Shown here: positions 1 to 10,840 of the stretch, piece after piece
How positions within the stretch are numbered: position 1 is the stretch's first letter
Layout of the letters: each line of letters opens with the position of its first letter
Assembly: GCA_947085095.1 (NCBI GenBank)
Contig: CAMTVD010000012.1
Coordinates: 1-64,000 of the forward strand
DNA from: an uncultured Thermus sp.
GTDB lineage: Bacteria > Deinococcota > Deinococci > Deinococcales > Thermaceae
DNA: 64,000 nt
Reading direction: 5' to 3'
The notes under the pieces: model-generated
What the model was told of the DNA's origin: nothing
What the model saw: only the letters and a program-made list of their open reading frames with translations
Database searches by the model: none
Translations under genes and position numbers: made by a program

Positions 1-36
1 CCAAGGCATCCACCGTGGGCCCTTAGCATCTTGACC
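1..36 (-). rRNA. rrl: 23S rRNA, 5' end (gene continues beyond the window edge)
   Basis: Reverse complement reads GGTCAAGATGCTAAGGGCCCACGGTGGATGCCTTGG, the conserved 23S 5' terminus. Confidence 0.93.
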
Positions 37-89
37 CTTCAAGGACCACGCTCAACACGTGGCCCGTGGCTTCCATCCATCCACCCCAG

Positions 90-159
90 CTTTCAAGATC
101 CCCCGCCACCCACCGGGCAGCGCAAAGAAAAATCTACCAGATGCCCCCAAAGGTGTCAA
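90..159 (-). promoter_or_regulatory. Promoter of the 23S rRNA gene with boxA-like element
   Basis: TTGACA (159-154), 17 bp spacer, TAGATT (136-131); GATCTTGAAAG boxA-like at 100-90. Confidence 0.8.
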
Positions 160-307
160 GAGCTGTCAGCATAGATCCACCAGCCTCACCGGTTGTCGCT
201 TCCCCGGGGGGTCTTCCCCTCTACCGCCACGGCCTTTCCTAAAGTGGCCGGGGGCTTTGCAGAGGGCCAGGTGGGACAGAAGGTACAGGCCGCGGTAAGC
301 TTAGGGT

Positions 308-655
308 GTGCGCAGTCTTTTAGCCCGGCTCCTCCTCAACACCTTGGCCCTTTGGCTAGTGAGCCTCCTCTACCCCGGGGTGGGCTTTTCCCCGGGGGTA
401 GGGCTTGCCGATTACCTGGTGGCGGGGGCCATCTGGGGTCTGGCCAACGCCCTTATCCGTCCCGTCTTTCTGTTCCTCACTTTGCCCTTGAATGTGCTCA
501 CCCTGGGGCTTTTTACCTTGGTGATCAACGGGGTCATCCTTTACCTGGTAGCCCAGGCCACGGCCCTCGAGGTCCAGGGCTTTACCGGCGCCTTCGTGGG
601 GGCGCTCCTCCTCTCCCTGGTGAGCCTGGTGCTGAACTGGCTTTTCCGGGACTAG
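308..655 (+). CDS. 4-TM membrane protein, YvlD / phage holin superfamily IV family
   Basis: 115 aa; NALIRPV..LTLPLNVLTLGLFTLVING signature. Confidence 0.8.
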   Translation: MRSLLARLLLNTLALWLVSLLYPGVGFSPGVGLADYLVAGAIWGLANALIRPVFLFLTLPLNVLTLGLFTLVINGVILYLVAQATALEVQGFTGAFVGALLLSLVSLVLNWLFRD

Positions 656-1083
656 CGGTTCTCGGACACGTAACGGGAAAGTTCCTCTATGAGCATCTCC
701 TGCTGGGTGATGATGGCCTTGACCGCATCCCCGATGGAGATCACCCCCACCACCTTCCCCCCCTCCACCACAGGGAGGTGGCGCACGCGGCGTTCAGTCA
801 TGAGGCGCATGGCCTCGGCCAGATCGGTTTCCGGGCGCACGGTGATCACCTCCTTGGTCATGACCTCCTCCACCCGGGTGTCCTTGGAGAAGCGGCCCAA
901 GAGGACCAGCTTGCGGGCGTAGTCCCGCTCGGAGAAGATGCCCACTAGCCTCTCCCCTTCCATGACCAAAAGGGCGCCGATGTCGTGCTCAGCCAACTTC
1001 TTCAAGGCCTCCAATACCGTGGCCTGTGGGCCTATGGCGTAGACCCCGCCCCCCTTGCGCAACAGGACCTGCCGGACCGTCAT
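652..1083 (-). CDS. CBS domain protein
   Basis: Tandem CBS motifs (IGALLV..GIFSERD; RHLPVV..GVISIGD). Confidence 0.9.
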   Translation of the reverse strand: MTVRQVLLRKGGGVYAIGPQATVLEALKKLAEHDIGALLVMEGERLVGIFSERDYARKLVLLGRFSKDTRVEEVMTKEVITVRPETDLAEAMRLMTERRVRHLPVVEGGKVVGVISIGDAVKAIITQQEMLIEELSRYVSENR

Positions 1084-1119
1084 GAGCCCCCCTTTCCCTT
1101 AGGGGCCTATTGTACCAAA

Positions 1120-1926
1120 CTACCGGGCCGTGAGGACGGGCCCCACCGCATGGCGCACCACGTGCTCCGTGGTGCTCCCCAGCACCAGCCGCCGCACCGG
1201 GGCCCCCAGGGCCAGGAGGTCGGAAGGCCCCTGTAGGGCCAGGAGGTGCTCCGCGGGGTCCCCGGCGAAGGCCAGGGCCTCCGTGGCGATCCCTTGGTCC
1301 CTGAGGTAGGTCTCCGCCTCGAGGGCCCAGGCCCCCGCCCGCACGGGGTCATCATGCACGCTCACCACCCGCACCCTGAGGCCCAAGGGCTTGGCCAGGA
1401 GGGCCAGGGTGTGCATGACCCGCACGGCGCTTTCCGAGGCGTTGTACCCCAGCAAGGCCCCCTCTATCTCCACATAGTCCACGGGGGCCACCATCACCGG
1501 GGTAGGGGAAGCCCGAAGCACCCGGTCCACCGTACTCCCCAGTCCGGTAAAGCTTCCCCCGTGGGTTTCTCCGGTCCGCCCTAGGACGACCAAGTCCGCC
1601 ATGCGGGCGTGGTGGAGGATCGCCTCGTGGGGTATCCCCGTTTCCAGAAAAGTATCCACCTCCAGGCCCGCCTCCTGGCCGCTCTTTTGTATACGCTCAA
1701 GAATTGCTTCCCCCTTGAGGGTGAGGGCCTTCTCCAACTCTTCTTGGTAAACGGAAACGGGAATGGTAAGGGCCCCGAAGTCCAGAAACTCCACCATCCG
1801 CACCAAGCGCACGTCCCGCACAAAGAGGGCGAGGAGTTTGGCGGAAAGCTTGTAGCAAAGCCACTCCGCCAGCACCTCCGCCCCCCGGGCCTGAGGGGAG
1901 CCGTCCGTGGCCAAAAGGATCCTCAT
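1120..1926 (-). CDS. Universal stress protein (two USP domains)
   Basis: RILLATDGS, DLVVLGRTG, GSTVDRVLRASPTPV, GSTTEHVVRHA. Confidence 0.9.
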   Translation of the reverse strand: MRILLATDGSPQARGAEVLAEWLCYKLSAKLLALFVRDVRLVRMVEFLDFGALTIPVSVYQEELEKALTLKGEAILERIQKSGQEAGLEVDTFLETGIPHEAILHHARMADLVVLGRTGETHGGSFTGLGSTVDRVLRASPTPVMVAPVDYVEIEGALLGYNASESAVRVMHTLALLAKPLGLRVRVVSVHDDPVRAGAWALEAETYLRDQGIATEALAFAGDPAEHLLALQGPSDLLALGAPVRRLVLGSTTEHVVRHAVGPVLTAR

Positions 1927-3056
1927 GCCCCCATCTTACGGGGTTCCCGCACGGAGCGGGCGAGAAGCCAGGCGGGAAGGATCAGGCTCCCCAGAGCCAG
2001 GAGAACGGGGATGACCCCGTAGACCTCAATGAGGTGGCCGATGGGGGCGTAAAGGAGCCCCGCAAACCCCCAGGTAAAGCCCATGAGGAGGCCCGAGACC
2101 GTGGCCGTCTGGTTAGGCGCAAGCTCCTGGGCCAAGACCACAGCCACCGGGATGCCCGCATTCATCAGAGCCCCGGTGACGGCCAAAAGGACCAGATAAA
2201 GGGGATTTTCCGGAGGAAAGAAGAGGAGGCCCAGGTAAAGGGGCAGGCCAAAGGTAAGGGTGCCCACCAGAACTGCCTTGCGCCCCAGGCGGTCGGAAAG
2301 GGTCCCCCCCAGGAAGGCCCCCACAGTGGCGGAGAAGCTGTAGACGGAAAGGGAGATGGCGGTGTAGGCATCGGGGATGCCCCGCTCCGCATACCAATAA
2401 GGGAGGGTGGTGGCAAAGCTCATGAAAACCAGGCTCCGCAGGGTAGCCATGCCCCAAAGGCGGGCCACATCTCCCCGGAAGACCCTCCCGAAGTCGCCAA
2501 GGCCCGCTGGCCTCCCCTGCCGCCTAACCGGAGGAAGGCGGAGGAGGAGGAGGGCGGGCAGAAGGGCCAGGGGGGTGAGCCAGAAAAGCCCCTTTAGCCC
2601 CCAAGCCCCCACGGCGAAGAGGGCCACGATGGGCCCCAGGGAAAGCCCCAGGTAGCCCGCGGAACCAAAGAAGGAAAGCCAAAAGCCCTTCCGCTCCCGC
2701 GGGGCGAACTCCCCCACCAGGCTGGCCCCCGAGGCGTGAAAGAGGGCCGAGCCCAAGCCCGCCAAGCCCAGGACAAGAACCAGGACCTCAAACCGGGGCC
2801 AAAGCCCCAAGGACCCCATCCCTAGGGCTACCAAAAGGGGTCCCAAAGCGGCAAGGAGCCTCCGGTCCAGGCGGTCAGCGATGAGGCCGGCCACGGGCTG
2901 CAGAAGGCTTCCCGTCAAGGAGTAGACGGAGACCAGGAGCCCCGCCGTGCCCAGGCCCACACCAAAATGGGCCATGAGCTTGGGGAGGAGAGGGGTGAGG
3001 AAGTTGGAAAAAAGATCGTTGACCGCGTGGAGCCAGGCCAGGAGGAGGGGCAACAC
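1923..3056 (-). CDS. MFS transporter (Fsr-like)
   Basis: GLIADRLDRR and LSDRLGRK motif A; about 12 hydrophobic segments; start uncertain. Confidence 0.85.
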   Translation of the reverse strand: MLPLLLAWLHAVNDLFSNFLTPLLPKLMAHFGVGLGTAGLLVSVYSLTGSLLQPVAGLIADRLDRRLLAALGPLLVALGMGSLGLWPRFEVLVLVLGLAGLGSALFHASGASLVGEFAPRERKGFWLSFFGSAGYLGLSLGPIVALFAVGAWGLKGLFWLTPLALLPALLLLRLPPVRRQGRPAGLGDFGRVFRGDVARLWGMATLRSLVFMSFATTLPYWYAERGIPDAYTAISLSVYSFSATVGAFLGGTLSDRLGRKAVLVGTLTFGLPLYLGLLFFPPENPLYLVLLAVTGALMNAGIPVAVVLAQELAPNQTATVSGLLMGFTWGFAGLLYAPIGHLIEVYGVIPVLLALGSLILPAWLLARSVREPRKMGA

Positions 3057-3136
3057 CTCCCCATGCTAAACCCTTTTCTCAGGAAGGGTGTGTTAGAATC
3101 CCCACGTGCAGAGGACCTCCCAGGGGAAAAAGAAAA

Positions 3137-3213
<77 letters not shown>

Positions 3214-3257
3214 ACTCAAGCGGGAGTACTATAGCACGGGAAGAAGGAGGCGGTCAA

Positions 3258-5069
3258 GTGTTTGGCATCAACAAGCGAGTGGTAACCATCCTTTTCGGCT
3301 TTTTGGCCTTGGCCTTCGTGGTGGGGGCCATCCTCCTCTTTACCCCTCAGGCGGGGCAGGAGGCCAAGGGCAAACCGGTCCTTTGGGTAAACGGAAAGGC
3401 GGTCTACGAGCTGGACCTCCTCAGGCTCCAGGGAAATGACCCCCTCTACACCGCCAACCCCCAGGGCCTCCTCAAGGTCCTGGTGGACACCCACTTCCTG
3501 GAGCAGGTGATCCTCACCGAGGCCCTCAAGCAAGACGCAGCCCGCATCCGGGTGGGGAGCGCCGAGGTGCGCAAGGAGGTGGATCGCATCCGGGAGCAGT
3601 ATGGCCTTAAGGAAAAAAAGGCCTACGAGCAGTTCCTGAACCAGGTGGGGTACACGGACGCCCAACTTAGGGCCGAGGTGAAAACCCAGCTCCAGATCCA
3701 GAAGCGGCTAGAGCAGATCCGCTCCGCCGCCAAGCCCACACCCGAGGAGGTGCGCTTCTACTTTGAGGTGCACCAGGAGAACTACAAGACCGAGCCCCGG
3801 GTCCTAGCCCGCCAGATCGTGGTGGACGACAAAAAGATCGCAGAGGAGGTCCTGGCCAAGGCCAAGGCCGGGGAGGACTTCGCCGCCTTGGCCAAGCAGT
3901 ACTCCAAGGTGGGGGCGGAGCAGGGCGGGGCCCTGGGAGCCGCCCCTGGGGAGAGCGCCCCCAAACCGGTGACCCGGGTGGTCTTCCCGGAAAAGGTGGC
4001 CGAGGCGGTCTTCGCCCAAAAGGGGCCGGGCCTGGTGGGGCCCATAGAGGCCGGAGGACGGTACTACCTGGTGAAGCTGGAGAGCTACCTGCCCCCCAAG
4101 GTGCCCACCTTTGAGGAGGTCAAGGAGCGGGTGGAGAAGGACGCTCAGGAGGCGAAGGCGGGCGGGGCCCTCGAGGCCTACCTGGAAGACCTGAGGAAGA
4201 AGGCCCAGGTGCGCTTCGCCGAGGGCGTGGGCTACGTCTACAAGAACCCTGTGGTGGCCACGGTAAACGAAAGGGAGATCCTTCTTTCCCAGGTCCTTCA
4301 GCCCGTCTTCTCCAACCAGCAGACCGCCGCCCTCATCCAGCAGGGCCTGGGGGAGCTGGCGGTGCAGTTCTTCCTGCCCCAGACCCTGGAACGCCTCGTG
4401 GACCAGGAGATCCTGGTGGGAGCGGCCAAGAAGAGCGGGAAGCCCTTTATTGGCTCCAAGGACGAGGTGGCCCAGGCCTACCTCCTCTACGAGACCCGGG
4501 ACCTGACCGCCACCGAGGCCGAGGCCAGGAGGTTCTACGCCGAAAACCCCGCCTTCTTCACCGTACCCGCCAGCGCCGAGGTGGTAGGGGTGGTGTTCCA
4601 GGAAGAGGCCAAGGCCAAGGCCTTCCGGGAGGCCGCCCTGAAGGCCAGCGACCTCCAGGCCCTGGCCAAAGCCCATGGCGGCAATGTTACCGAGTACGGG
4701 ACCGTGAACCCGGGCCAACTCCCCGCCGTCCTGGACCGGCTGGTCTTCAAGGTGAAGGAGGCCTTTCCCAAGGGGTCCTTGGGCGAGGTGAGCGAGGTGG
4801 TGAAGCTGGAAGACGGCACCTTCACCGTCCTCCTGATCAAAAACCGCAAGCCCGAGGAGCTGAAGCCCTTTGAGGCGGTGAAGGAGGAGGCCCTCGAGGG
4901 CGTGAAGAATCGCAAACGCCAGGAAAAAGCCCAAGCCCTCATCCAGAAGCTTCGCCAGGAGGCCAAAGTAGAAAACCGCCTGGCCCAGGTCCTGGCGGAG
5001 CTCACCCCTAAGACTGAGGAAAAGCCCAAAGAGGAGGCCCCCAAGGAGGAAGCCCCGGCCAAGCCGTGA
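3258..5069 (+). CDS. Membrane-anchored parvulin-type peptidylprolyl isomerase (SurA/PrsA/PpiD-like)
   Basis: GTG start after AGGAGG; N-terminal TM; ARQIVV..GEDFAALAKQYS..GGALG rotamase motif, duplicated degenerately. Confidence 0.85.
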   Translation: MFGINKRVVTILFGFLALAFVVGAILLFTPQAGQEAKGKPVLWVNGKAVYELDLLRLQGNDPLYTANPQGLLKVLVDTHFLEQVILTEALKQDAARIRVGSAEVRKEVDRIREQYGLKEKKAYEQFLNQVGYTDAQLRAEVKTQLQIQKRLEQIRSAAKPTPEEVRFYFEVHQENYKTEPRVLARQIVVDDKKIAEEVLAKAKAGEDFAALAKQYSKVGAEQGGALGAAPGESAPKPVTRVVFPEKVAEAVFAQKGPGLVGPIEAGGRYYLVKLESYLPPKVPTFEEVKERVEKDAQEAKAGGALEAYLEDLRKKAQVRFAEGVGYVYKNPVVATVNEREILLSQVLQPVFSNQQTAALIQQGLGELAVQFFLPQTLERLVDQEILVGAAKKSGKPFIGSKDEVAQAYLLYETRDLTATEAEARRFYAENPAFFTVPASAEVVGVVFQEEAKAKAFREAALKASDLQALAKAHGGNVTEYGTVNPGQLPAVLDRLVFKVKEAFPKGSLGEVSEVVKLEDGTFTVLLIKNRKPEELKPFEAVKEEALEGVKNRKRQEKAQALIQKLRQEAKVENRLAQVLAELTPKTEEKPKEEAPKEEAPAKP

Positions 5070-5084
5070 ACTCCTAAGGGCCAG

Positions 5085-5112
5085 GGGGCGGCCAAGGGCC
5101 GCCCCTTTTCTT
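5085..5112 (+). terminator. Rho-independent terminator
   Basis: GGGGCGGCC-AAG-GGCCGCCCC followed by TTTTCTT. Confidence 0.85.
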
Positions 5113-5124
5113 TAAACTGGCGGT

Positions 5125-6699
5125 ATGGAACCCCGGGAGCTCACCCTCCTCCTCACCCTCTACTACGAGGCCAAGCCCGATCCCCAAAACCCCCTAGAGC
5201 GCGTGGCCTTCGGCACCAGCGGCCACCGGGGGACGAGCCTCAAGGCCACCTTCACCGAGGCCCACGTCCTGGCCATCGCCCAGGCCATCGCCGATCTAAG
5301 GGAAAGTTTCGGGGCCACGGGCCCCCTCTTCCTGGCCAAAGACACCCACGCCCTCTCCGAACCCGCCTGGGCCACGGCCCTTTCCGTTTTCGCCGCCAAC
5401 GGCATTGAGGTCCGGGTAGAGGAAGGCTACACCCCCACCCCCCTGGTCTCCCTGGCCATCCTGGAGCACAACGCCCAAAACCCGGCCAAAGCGGACGGGG
5501 TCCTCCTCACCCCCAGCCACAACCCTCCCGAGGATGGGGGGCTCAAGTACAACCCCCCCACGGGGGGCCCCGCGGACACCCGCATCACCAAGGCCATTGA
5601 GGAGCGGGCCAACGCCCTCTTGCGGGAGGGCCTAAAGGGGGTGAAGCGGCTTCCTTTGAAGGAGGCTCTTTCCCGGGCCAGACCCTTTGACTTCGCCGGG
5701 CTTTACGTGGAGAAGGTCAGGGAGGCGGTGGACCTGGAGGCCATCCGGGCCGCGGGCCTCCGCCTGGGGGTGGACCCCTTGGGCGGGGCAAGCCTTGCCG
5801 TCTGGGAGCGCTTGGCCGAAGCCTACGGCCTCAACCTGGAGGTGGTGAACCGCGCCATAGACCCCACCTTCCGCTTCATGCCCAAGGACCATGACGGCAA
5901 GATCCGCATGGACTGCTCCAGCCCCTACGCCATGGCGGGCCTCCTGGCCCTCAAGGACCGCTACGACCTGGCCATCGGCAACGACCCCGACGCCGACCGC
6001 CACGGCATCGTCACCCGGCGGGGCCTGATGAACCCCAACCACTACCTGGCGGCGGCTCTCCACCACCTCTTCACCACCCGGGCCTGGCCGGGGGCCAAGG
6101 CGGGGAAGACCGCGGTGACCAGCGCCCTCCTGGACCGGGTGGCGGGGGCCCTGGGCCGGGAGGTTTACGAGACCCCGGTGGGCTTCAAGTACTTCGTGGA
6201 AGGCCTCCTTCAAGGCTGGCTGGGCTTCGGCGGGGAGGAAAGCGCCGGGGCCAGCTTCCTGCGCCAAGACGGCCGCCCCTTCTCCACCGACAAGGACGGG
6301 ATCCTCATGGGGCTTCTGGCGGCGGAGATCCTGGCCAAGCGGAACCAGGCCCCGGACGAGCTCTACGAGGCGCTGGCGGAGCGCCTGGGCCGCCCCCACT
6401 ACGCCCGCAAGGACCTGCCCGCAAGCCCCGAGGCCAAGGCCCGGCTTGCCCGCCTCTCCCCCGAGGAGGTGCGGGGAGAGGTGGCGGGGGAACCTATTCT
6501 AGGGGTCCTCACCCGGGCCCCAGGCAACGGGGAGCCCCTGGGGGGCCTGAAGGTGGTCACGGCGAACGCCTGGTTCGCCATAAGGCCCAGCGGCACCGAG
6601 GACATCGTCAAGGTCTACGCGGAAAGCTTCAAGGGGGAGGAGCACCTAGAGGAGGTACTCCGGGCAGCCCTAGGCTTGATGGAGCGGCATTTGGCCTAA
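5125..6699 (+). CDS. pgm: Phosphoglucomutase
   Basis: [40 protein letters not shown]. Confidence 0.95.
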   Translation: MEPRELTLLLTLYYEAKPDPQNPLERVAFGTSGHRGTSLKATFTEAHVLAIAQAIADLRESFGATGPLFLAKDTHALSEPAWATALSVFAANGIEVRVEEGYTPTPLVSLAILEHNAQNPAKADGVLLTPSHNPPEDGGLKYNPPTGGPADTRITKAIEERANALLREGLKGVKRLPLKEALSRARPFDFAGLYVEKVREAVDLEAIRAAGLRLGVDPLGGASLAVWERLAEAYGLNLEVVNRAIDPTFRFMPKDHDGKIRMDCSSPYAMAGLLALKDRYDLAIGNDPDADRHGIVTRRGLMNPNHYLAAALHHLFTTRAWPGAKAGKTAVTSALLDRVAGALGREVYETPVGFKYFVEGLLQGWLGFGGEESAGASFLRQDGRPFSTDKDGILMGLLAAEILAKRNQAPDELYEALAERLGRPHYARKDLPASPEAKARLARLSPEEVRGEVAGEPILGVLTRAPGNGEPLGGLKVVTANAWFAIRPSGTEDIVKVYAESFKGEEHLEEVLRAALGLMERHLA

Positions 6700-6716
6700 G
6701 CCCACCGGGCCCAGGC

Positions 6717-7559
6717 CTACCCCTTCACCGCCCCGGCGGTGAGGCCGGCCACGATGCGCTGCTGGAAGATGAGAACCAGGACCACCAGGGGCACGGTGAC
6801 CACCACGCTGGCGGCCATGATGGAGCCCCAGGGGATCTCAAAGGGGCTGGCCCCGCCGAAGCCGGCGATGGCCGGGGGTACGGTGCGCACCGCATCTCCC
6901 ACCGTGAAGGTGAGGGCGAAGAGGTACTCGTTCCAGGCGGCGATGAAGGCCAAAAGCCCGGTGGTCACCAGGCCTGGCCCCGTGAGGGGAAGCATCACCT
7001 TCACCAGGGTCTGCAAGGGGGTGGCCCCGTCCACGTAAGCGGCCTCCTCCAGTTCCCTGGGAAGCCCCCGGAAGTAGCCCACCAGGACCCAGACGGTGAA
7101 GGGAAGGGTGAAGAGGAGGTAGGAGAGGATGAGGCCCAGGTGGGTGTTGAAGAGGGCTGTCTGGCGGAGGAGCATGAAGAGCCCTCCCAGAACAGATATC
7201 TGCGGGAACATGGTCATGGCCAGGACGATGTAGAGCACAGCGTTTTTGGGAGGAAAGGGAAGCCTGCCCAAGGCGTAGGCGGCCATCACCCCCAAGGTTA
7301 GGGAAAGAAGGGTGGCCCCCCCGGCCACGATGAGGGAGTTTAGCAGATTGCGGCCAAAGTTGGCCCGCAGGAAGACGTTCTGGTAGTGCTCCAGGGTGAA
7401 AGGCACGGGCAAAAGGCTAGGGTCTGTTGAGAAAAGCTCCCCCGAGGGCTTGAAGCTGGAAACCACCGCCCAGTAGAAGGGAAAGGCGCTGTAGACCACC
7501 ACGAAGACTACCAAGAGGTAGAAGAGGGCCCGGTTTAGACCGCGCAGAAGGGGTCTCAT
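6717..7559 (-). CDS. malG: Trehalose/maltose-type sugar ABC permease
   Basis: LEEAAYVDGA EAA loop; AWNEYLFALTF; GLTAGAVKG. Confidence 0.88.
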   Translation of the reverse strand: MRPLLRGLNRALFYLLVVFVVVYSAFPFYWAVVSSFKPSGELFSTDPSLLPVPFTLEHYQNVFLRANFGRNLLNSLIVAGGATLLSLTLGVMAAYALGRLPFPPKNAVLYIVLAMTMFPQISVLGGLFMLLRQTALFNTHLGLILSYLLFTLPFTVWVLVGYFRGLPRELEEAAYVDGATPLQTLVKVMLPLTGPGLVTTGLLAFIAAWNEYLFALTFTVGDAVRTVPPAIAGFGGASPFEIPWGSIMAASVVVTVPLVVLVLIFQQRIVAGLTAGAVKG

Positions 7560-8431
7560 CTTAAGGCCTCCTTACCCAAGGTACGCATGTAGAGGACGAC
7601 AAAGAGGAAGATGAGGACCAAAATAGCCACGCTTATGGCTGAGCCGTAACCCAAATCCTGGAAATCGATGAGGGTCTGGCGGTTGTAAACGGCCAAGGAG
7701 CGGGTGGCGGGATTCACCCCACTCATGACGAAGATCACGTCAAAGACCCTAAGGGCGTCCAAGGTGCGGAAGATGAGGGCCACCACCAAAGCAGGGGTAA
7801 GCAGGGGGAGGGTAATGGTCCAAAACTGCTGCCACTTGCTGGCCCCGTCAATGCTGGCTGCCTCGTAAAGCTCCTCGGGGATGAGCTGGAGCCCCGCCAG
7901 GAGGAGAAGGGCCATAAAGGGCGTGGTCTTCCACACGTCCACGGCGATGATGGAGGGGAGAAGGAGTTCTGGCCGAGCTAGAAAGGCCACTTTCTGCGTC
8001 AGAAGGCCCAACTTCACCCCTAGGATATTGATGACGCCGTAGACGTCATGGAGCATCCACTGCCACATCTTGGCGGACACCACCGTGGGGATGGCCCAAG
8101 GGATGAGGATGGCAGCGCGCACCAGGCCCCGCCCCTTGAAGTTGGAGTGGATGATGAGGGCGATGGCCAAGCCTAGGATCGTTTCCAGGCTCACCGAGAT
8201 CACGGTGAACCTCAGGGTGTTCCATAGGGCCTGGCGGAAATCGGGGTCCTGGAGGAGGTAAAAGTAGTTCTCCAGCCCCACAAACTCCGGGGGCTCCACG
8301 AAGGCGATGTCGGCTCTGAAAAAGGACCAATAGAAGACCTGGGCCAGGGGGTAGCCGGCTACCAAGGCCACCACCAAAAGGGTGGGCAGCACCAAGAACC
8401 AGGCTAGGCGGATTTGCCTTTGGGTGAGCAT
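7556..8431 (-). CDS. malF: Trehalose/maltose-type sugar ABC permease
   Basis: DVWKTTPFMALLLLAGLQ, LYEAASIDGAS, FRTLDALRVFD. Confidence 0.88.
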   Translation of the reverse strand: MLTQRQIRLAWFLVLPTLLVVALVAGYPLAQVFYWSFFRADIAFVEPPEFVGLENYFYLLQDPDFRQALWNTLRFTVISVSLETILGLAIALIIHSNFKGRGLVRAAILIPWAIPTVVSAKMWQWMLHDVYGVINILGVKLGLLTQKVAFLARPELLLPSIIAVDVWKTTPFMALLLLAGLQLIPEELYEAASIDGASKWQQFWTITLPLLTPALVVALIFRTLDALRVFDVIFVMSGVNPATRSLAVYNRQTLIDFQDLGYGSAISVAILVLIFLFVVLYMRTLGKEALR

Positions 8432-8448
8432 GGTCTTTTAAGGCTACG

Positions 8449-8475
8449 CCCGGGGGGGCGCTGTCCCCCCCGGGC
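8449..8475 (-). other. Intercistronic GC hairpin between malE and malF
   Basis: CCCGGGGGGG-CGCTG-TCCCCCCGGG inverted repeat. Confidence 0.6.
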
Positions 8476-8485
8476 CAGGGGGCCT

Positions 8486-9775
8486 TTAGCGGAGGATCCG
8501 CCTCAGCCGGGCCTCGAGGTCCCTGACCGCGGCCTCACCCCTCTTTCGCCCAGTAAGAACGCTGTGGACCTCGGTCCAGATGGCCTCGGAAACCTGGTTG
8601 TACCTGGCCCCGGCCACGTCGGAGGGGCGGGAGACGGCGTTCTGGAAGACGGGAAGGAGGTCCCTAAACCAAGGGTTCCTGGCCAAGACATCCCTGTCGG
8701 TGTAGAGAGCAGGGCGAGTGGGCAGACGGGAAAGGCGCACGGCGTTGTCCTTCTGCACCTCGTGGGATGCCAGGTACTTGACCAGGTCAGCGGCCTCCCT
8801 GGGGTAGCGGCTGTAAGCGGAGACCATGAGCTGCCAGCCCCCAAGGGTAGCGGCATTGGGAGCGTCAGCAGAGACCTTGGGCAGCACCGTGACCCCAAAC
8901 TTGCCGCGGATGGGGCTGCCCTCGGCCTGCCCCAGGGCGTAGGCGTAGGGCCAGTTACGCATGAAGAGGGCGTTGCCCTGCTGCCACACGTTCCTGGACT
9001 CCTCCTCGGCGTAGGCGGTGACCCCCTGGGGAGCGATGCTCCCCACCCAGCTCCGGGCCCGGTTCAGGGCTAAAGCGGCGTTGCCGTTGTTCACGCTGAT
9101 GGTGCCGTCGGGCTCAATGAAGCGGCCGCCCTTGTGGGAGTAGACCCACTCCAGGGCGTCGCAGGTGAGGCCCTCGTAGGCTTTGCCCTGAAAGACGAAG
9201 CCCCAGAAGTCCCGGTTGCCCCCCTTCCGCTCCCCTTCCATGACCTTCTGGGCCATCTGCTCCAGCTCAGCCCAGGTGCGGGGCGGGTTCTTGTATCCGT
9301 ACTTTTCCAGAAGATCCTTACGGTAGTAGAGGATGCCCGCATCGGTAAAGAAAGGAATAGAGGTGAGCTTTCCCCGGATGGTGTTGTTCTGAACGATACG
9401 GGGGAAGAACTCCCGGAGCTCGGCCTCGCTGAAGTACGGCTTCAGGTCAGCGGCGTGGGGGGCCACGATGCCCGGCCAGATGACATCGATCATGTAGACG
9501 TCCACGTCCGGGCTCCTGGCGGCCCAGTACTGCTGGTAGAGGGCCAGGCGGTCGTTGGTGTCTGCGGGGGAGTCAATGTACTCCACCCGGGTCCCCGTCC
9601 TCCTGCCCCAGGCCTCCACCATCTCCTTCATCCAGCGGCCGCCCTCGCCCACAGCGGTGGAGTCCCCCGCCACCCGGATAACGGGGCCTGTTTGGGCCCG
9701 CACCAGGGAAGGTCCCAGGATGAAGCTGGCCGCAAGTCCAACGCCCGCTTTTTTGAGAAACTCTCTACGCCTCAT
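8486..9775 (-). CDS. malE: Trehalose/maltose/sucrose-type ABC substrate-binding protein with Tat signal
   Basis: MRRREFLKK Tat motif; [26 protein letters not shown]. Confidence 0.88.
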   Translation of the reverse strand: MRRREFLKKAGVGLAASFILGPSLVRAQTGPVIRVAGDSTAVGEGGRWMKEMVEAWGRRTGTRVEYIDSPADTNDRLALYQQYWAARSPDVDVYMIDVIWPGIVAPHAADLKPYFSEAELREFFPRIVQNNTIRGKLTSIPFFTDAGILYYRKDLLEKYGYKNPPRTWAELEQMAQKVMEGERKGGNRDFWGFVFQGKAYEGLTCDALEWVYSHKGGRFIEPDGTISVNNGNAALALNRARSWVGSIAPQGVTAYAEEESRNVWQQGNALFMRNWPYAYALGQAEGSPIRGKFGVTVLPKVSADAPNAATLGGWQLMVSAYSRYPREAADLVKYLASHEVQKDNAVRLSRLPTRPALYTDRDVLARNPWFRDLLPVFQNAVSRPSDVAGARYNQVSEAIWTEVHSVLTGRKRGEAAVRDLEARLRRILR

Positions 9776-9787
9776 ATGGTCCTCCTA

Positions 9788-9836
9788 TGGAAACTTTTCC
9801 ACGGCAGATTATACCCCTGCCCCCCTCGTCTGTCAA
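9788..9836 (-). promoter_or_regulatory. malEFG promoter with LacI-family operator
   Basis: TTGACA (9836-9831), 17 bp spacer, TATAAT (9813-9808); palindrome TGGAAACTTTTCCA at 9788-9801. Confidence 0.85.
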
Positions 9837-9859
9837 CGGCGATGTGCCTTAAACCGGGG

Positions 9860-10840
9860 TCAGAGCCAGGCCAGCTCCAAATGGGCCTCCCAATGCCCCA
9901 CCACCAAGCCCCGATGGTTCCGCACCTCGGGCCGGTCCCAGGGGGTGGGGCCGGGCTCGAGGCCAAGAAGCCGCAAAAGGGCCACCACCGCCACCTCCCG
10001 GGCCTGGGAAGCGCCATCCTCCACCTTGAGGGCCGCGCCCAAAGGCCCCATGGGGCTTTCCAGAAGGGCCAGGCCGTAGTAGCCGTCCGCCCCCCGCTTG
10101 GCCAGGAGGGGGAGCCTTTCCATGAGGAGGGTGTCAATGCTCCCCGGCCCCGCCACCAAATCGGGGTGGCGGCGCATGGCCTCCCCCACCCGGCGAAGGG
10201 GCTCCCGGTAGGGGGCTGGGGCCGCCTCGGGCCGGGCCAAGAGGTAAAAGGCCCGGGCCGCCCGGGCAAGGGGCAGGGCGAAGGTGGGCACGCTGCAGCC
10301 GTCGGTGGCGTGAAGGGGCTCGGCGCCGGAAAGCTCCGCCAGGGTCCTCTGGTTCAGGAGCTGGACCGGGTGCTCCGGGCGTTCGTACCCTTCCGGGGGT
10401 GCTCCCAGGGCTAAAGCGGCCGCCAGCATCCCCGCGTGCTTGCCCGAGCAGTTGTGATGGAGGGGGGTGGGCCCCTCCCCCACCCTTTCCAGAGCCTGGC
10501 GGGCCTCCTTGGAAAGGGGCGGGTGGACCCCGCAGACCAGGCGCTCGGGGCCGAGGCCCAGCTTCCCCAGGAAGCGGGCGGCCACCTCCACGTGGCGGGG
10601 TGTGCCGTCGTGGCTGGCGGTGGCCAGGGCCACTTCCTCCTCCGTGATGCCAAACCGCTCCACCGCCCCCGTGAGGAAGAGGGCCAGGGCCTGGAAAGGC
10701 TTGGCCGAGGAGCGCATGTAGGCCCATAACCCGGGGTTTCCCGCATAGGCCAGTAGGCCTTCCGGCCCGTGGATGGCCAGGGAAATGCGGTGCCGGTTTT
10801 CCACCTCTTGGCCGCGGTAGGCGTAGACCCAAGCGTTCAC
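9860..10840 (-). CDS. L-asparaginase II family (Rhizobium etli-type, class 3)
   Basis: RSSAKPFQA, ASHDG, HHNCSGKH, TDGC, AKRGADG motifs. Confidence 0.88.
   Translation of the reverse strand: MNAWVYAYRGQEVENRHRISLAIHGPEGLLAYAGNPGLWAYMRSSAKPFQALALFLTGAVERFGITEEEVALATASHDGTPRHVEVAARFLGKLGLGPERLVCGVHPPLSKEARQALERVGEGPTPLHHNCSGKHAGMLAAALALGAPPEGYERPEHPVQLLNQRTLAELSGAEPLHATDGCSVPTFALPLARAARAFYLLARPEAAPAPYREPLRRVGEAMRRHPDLVAGPGSIDTLLMERLPLLAKRGADGYYGLALLESPMGPLGAALKVEDGASQAREVAVVALLRLLGLEPGPTPWDRPEVRNHRGLVVGHWEAHLELAWL

Noticed and set aside
308..655. Holin-family gene as evidence of a prophage
   Set aside because: No endolysin, integrase or structural genes nearby; this family is commonly a chromosomal membrane protein
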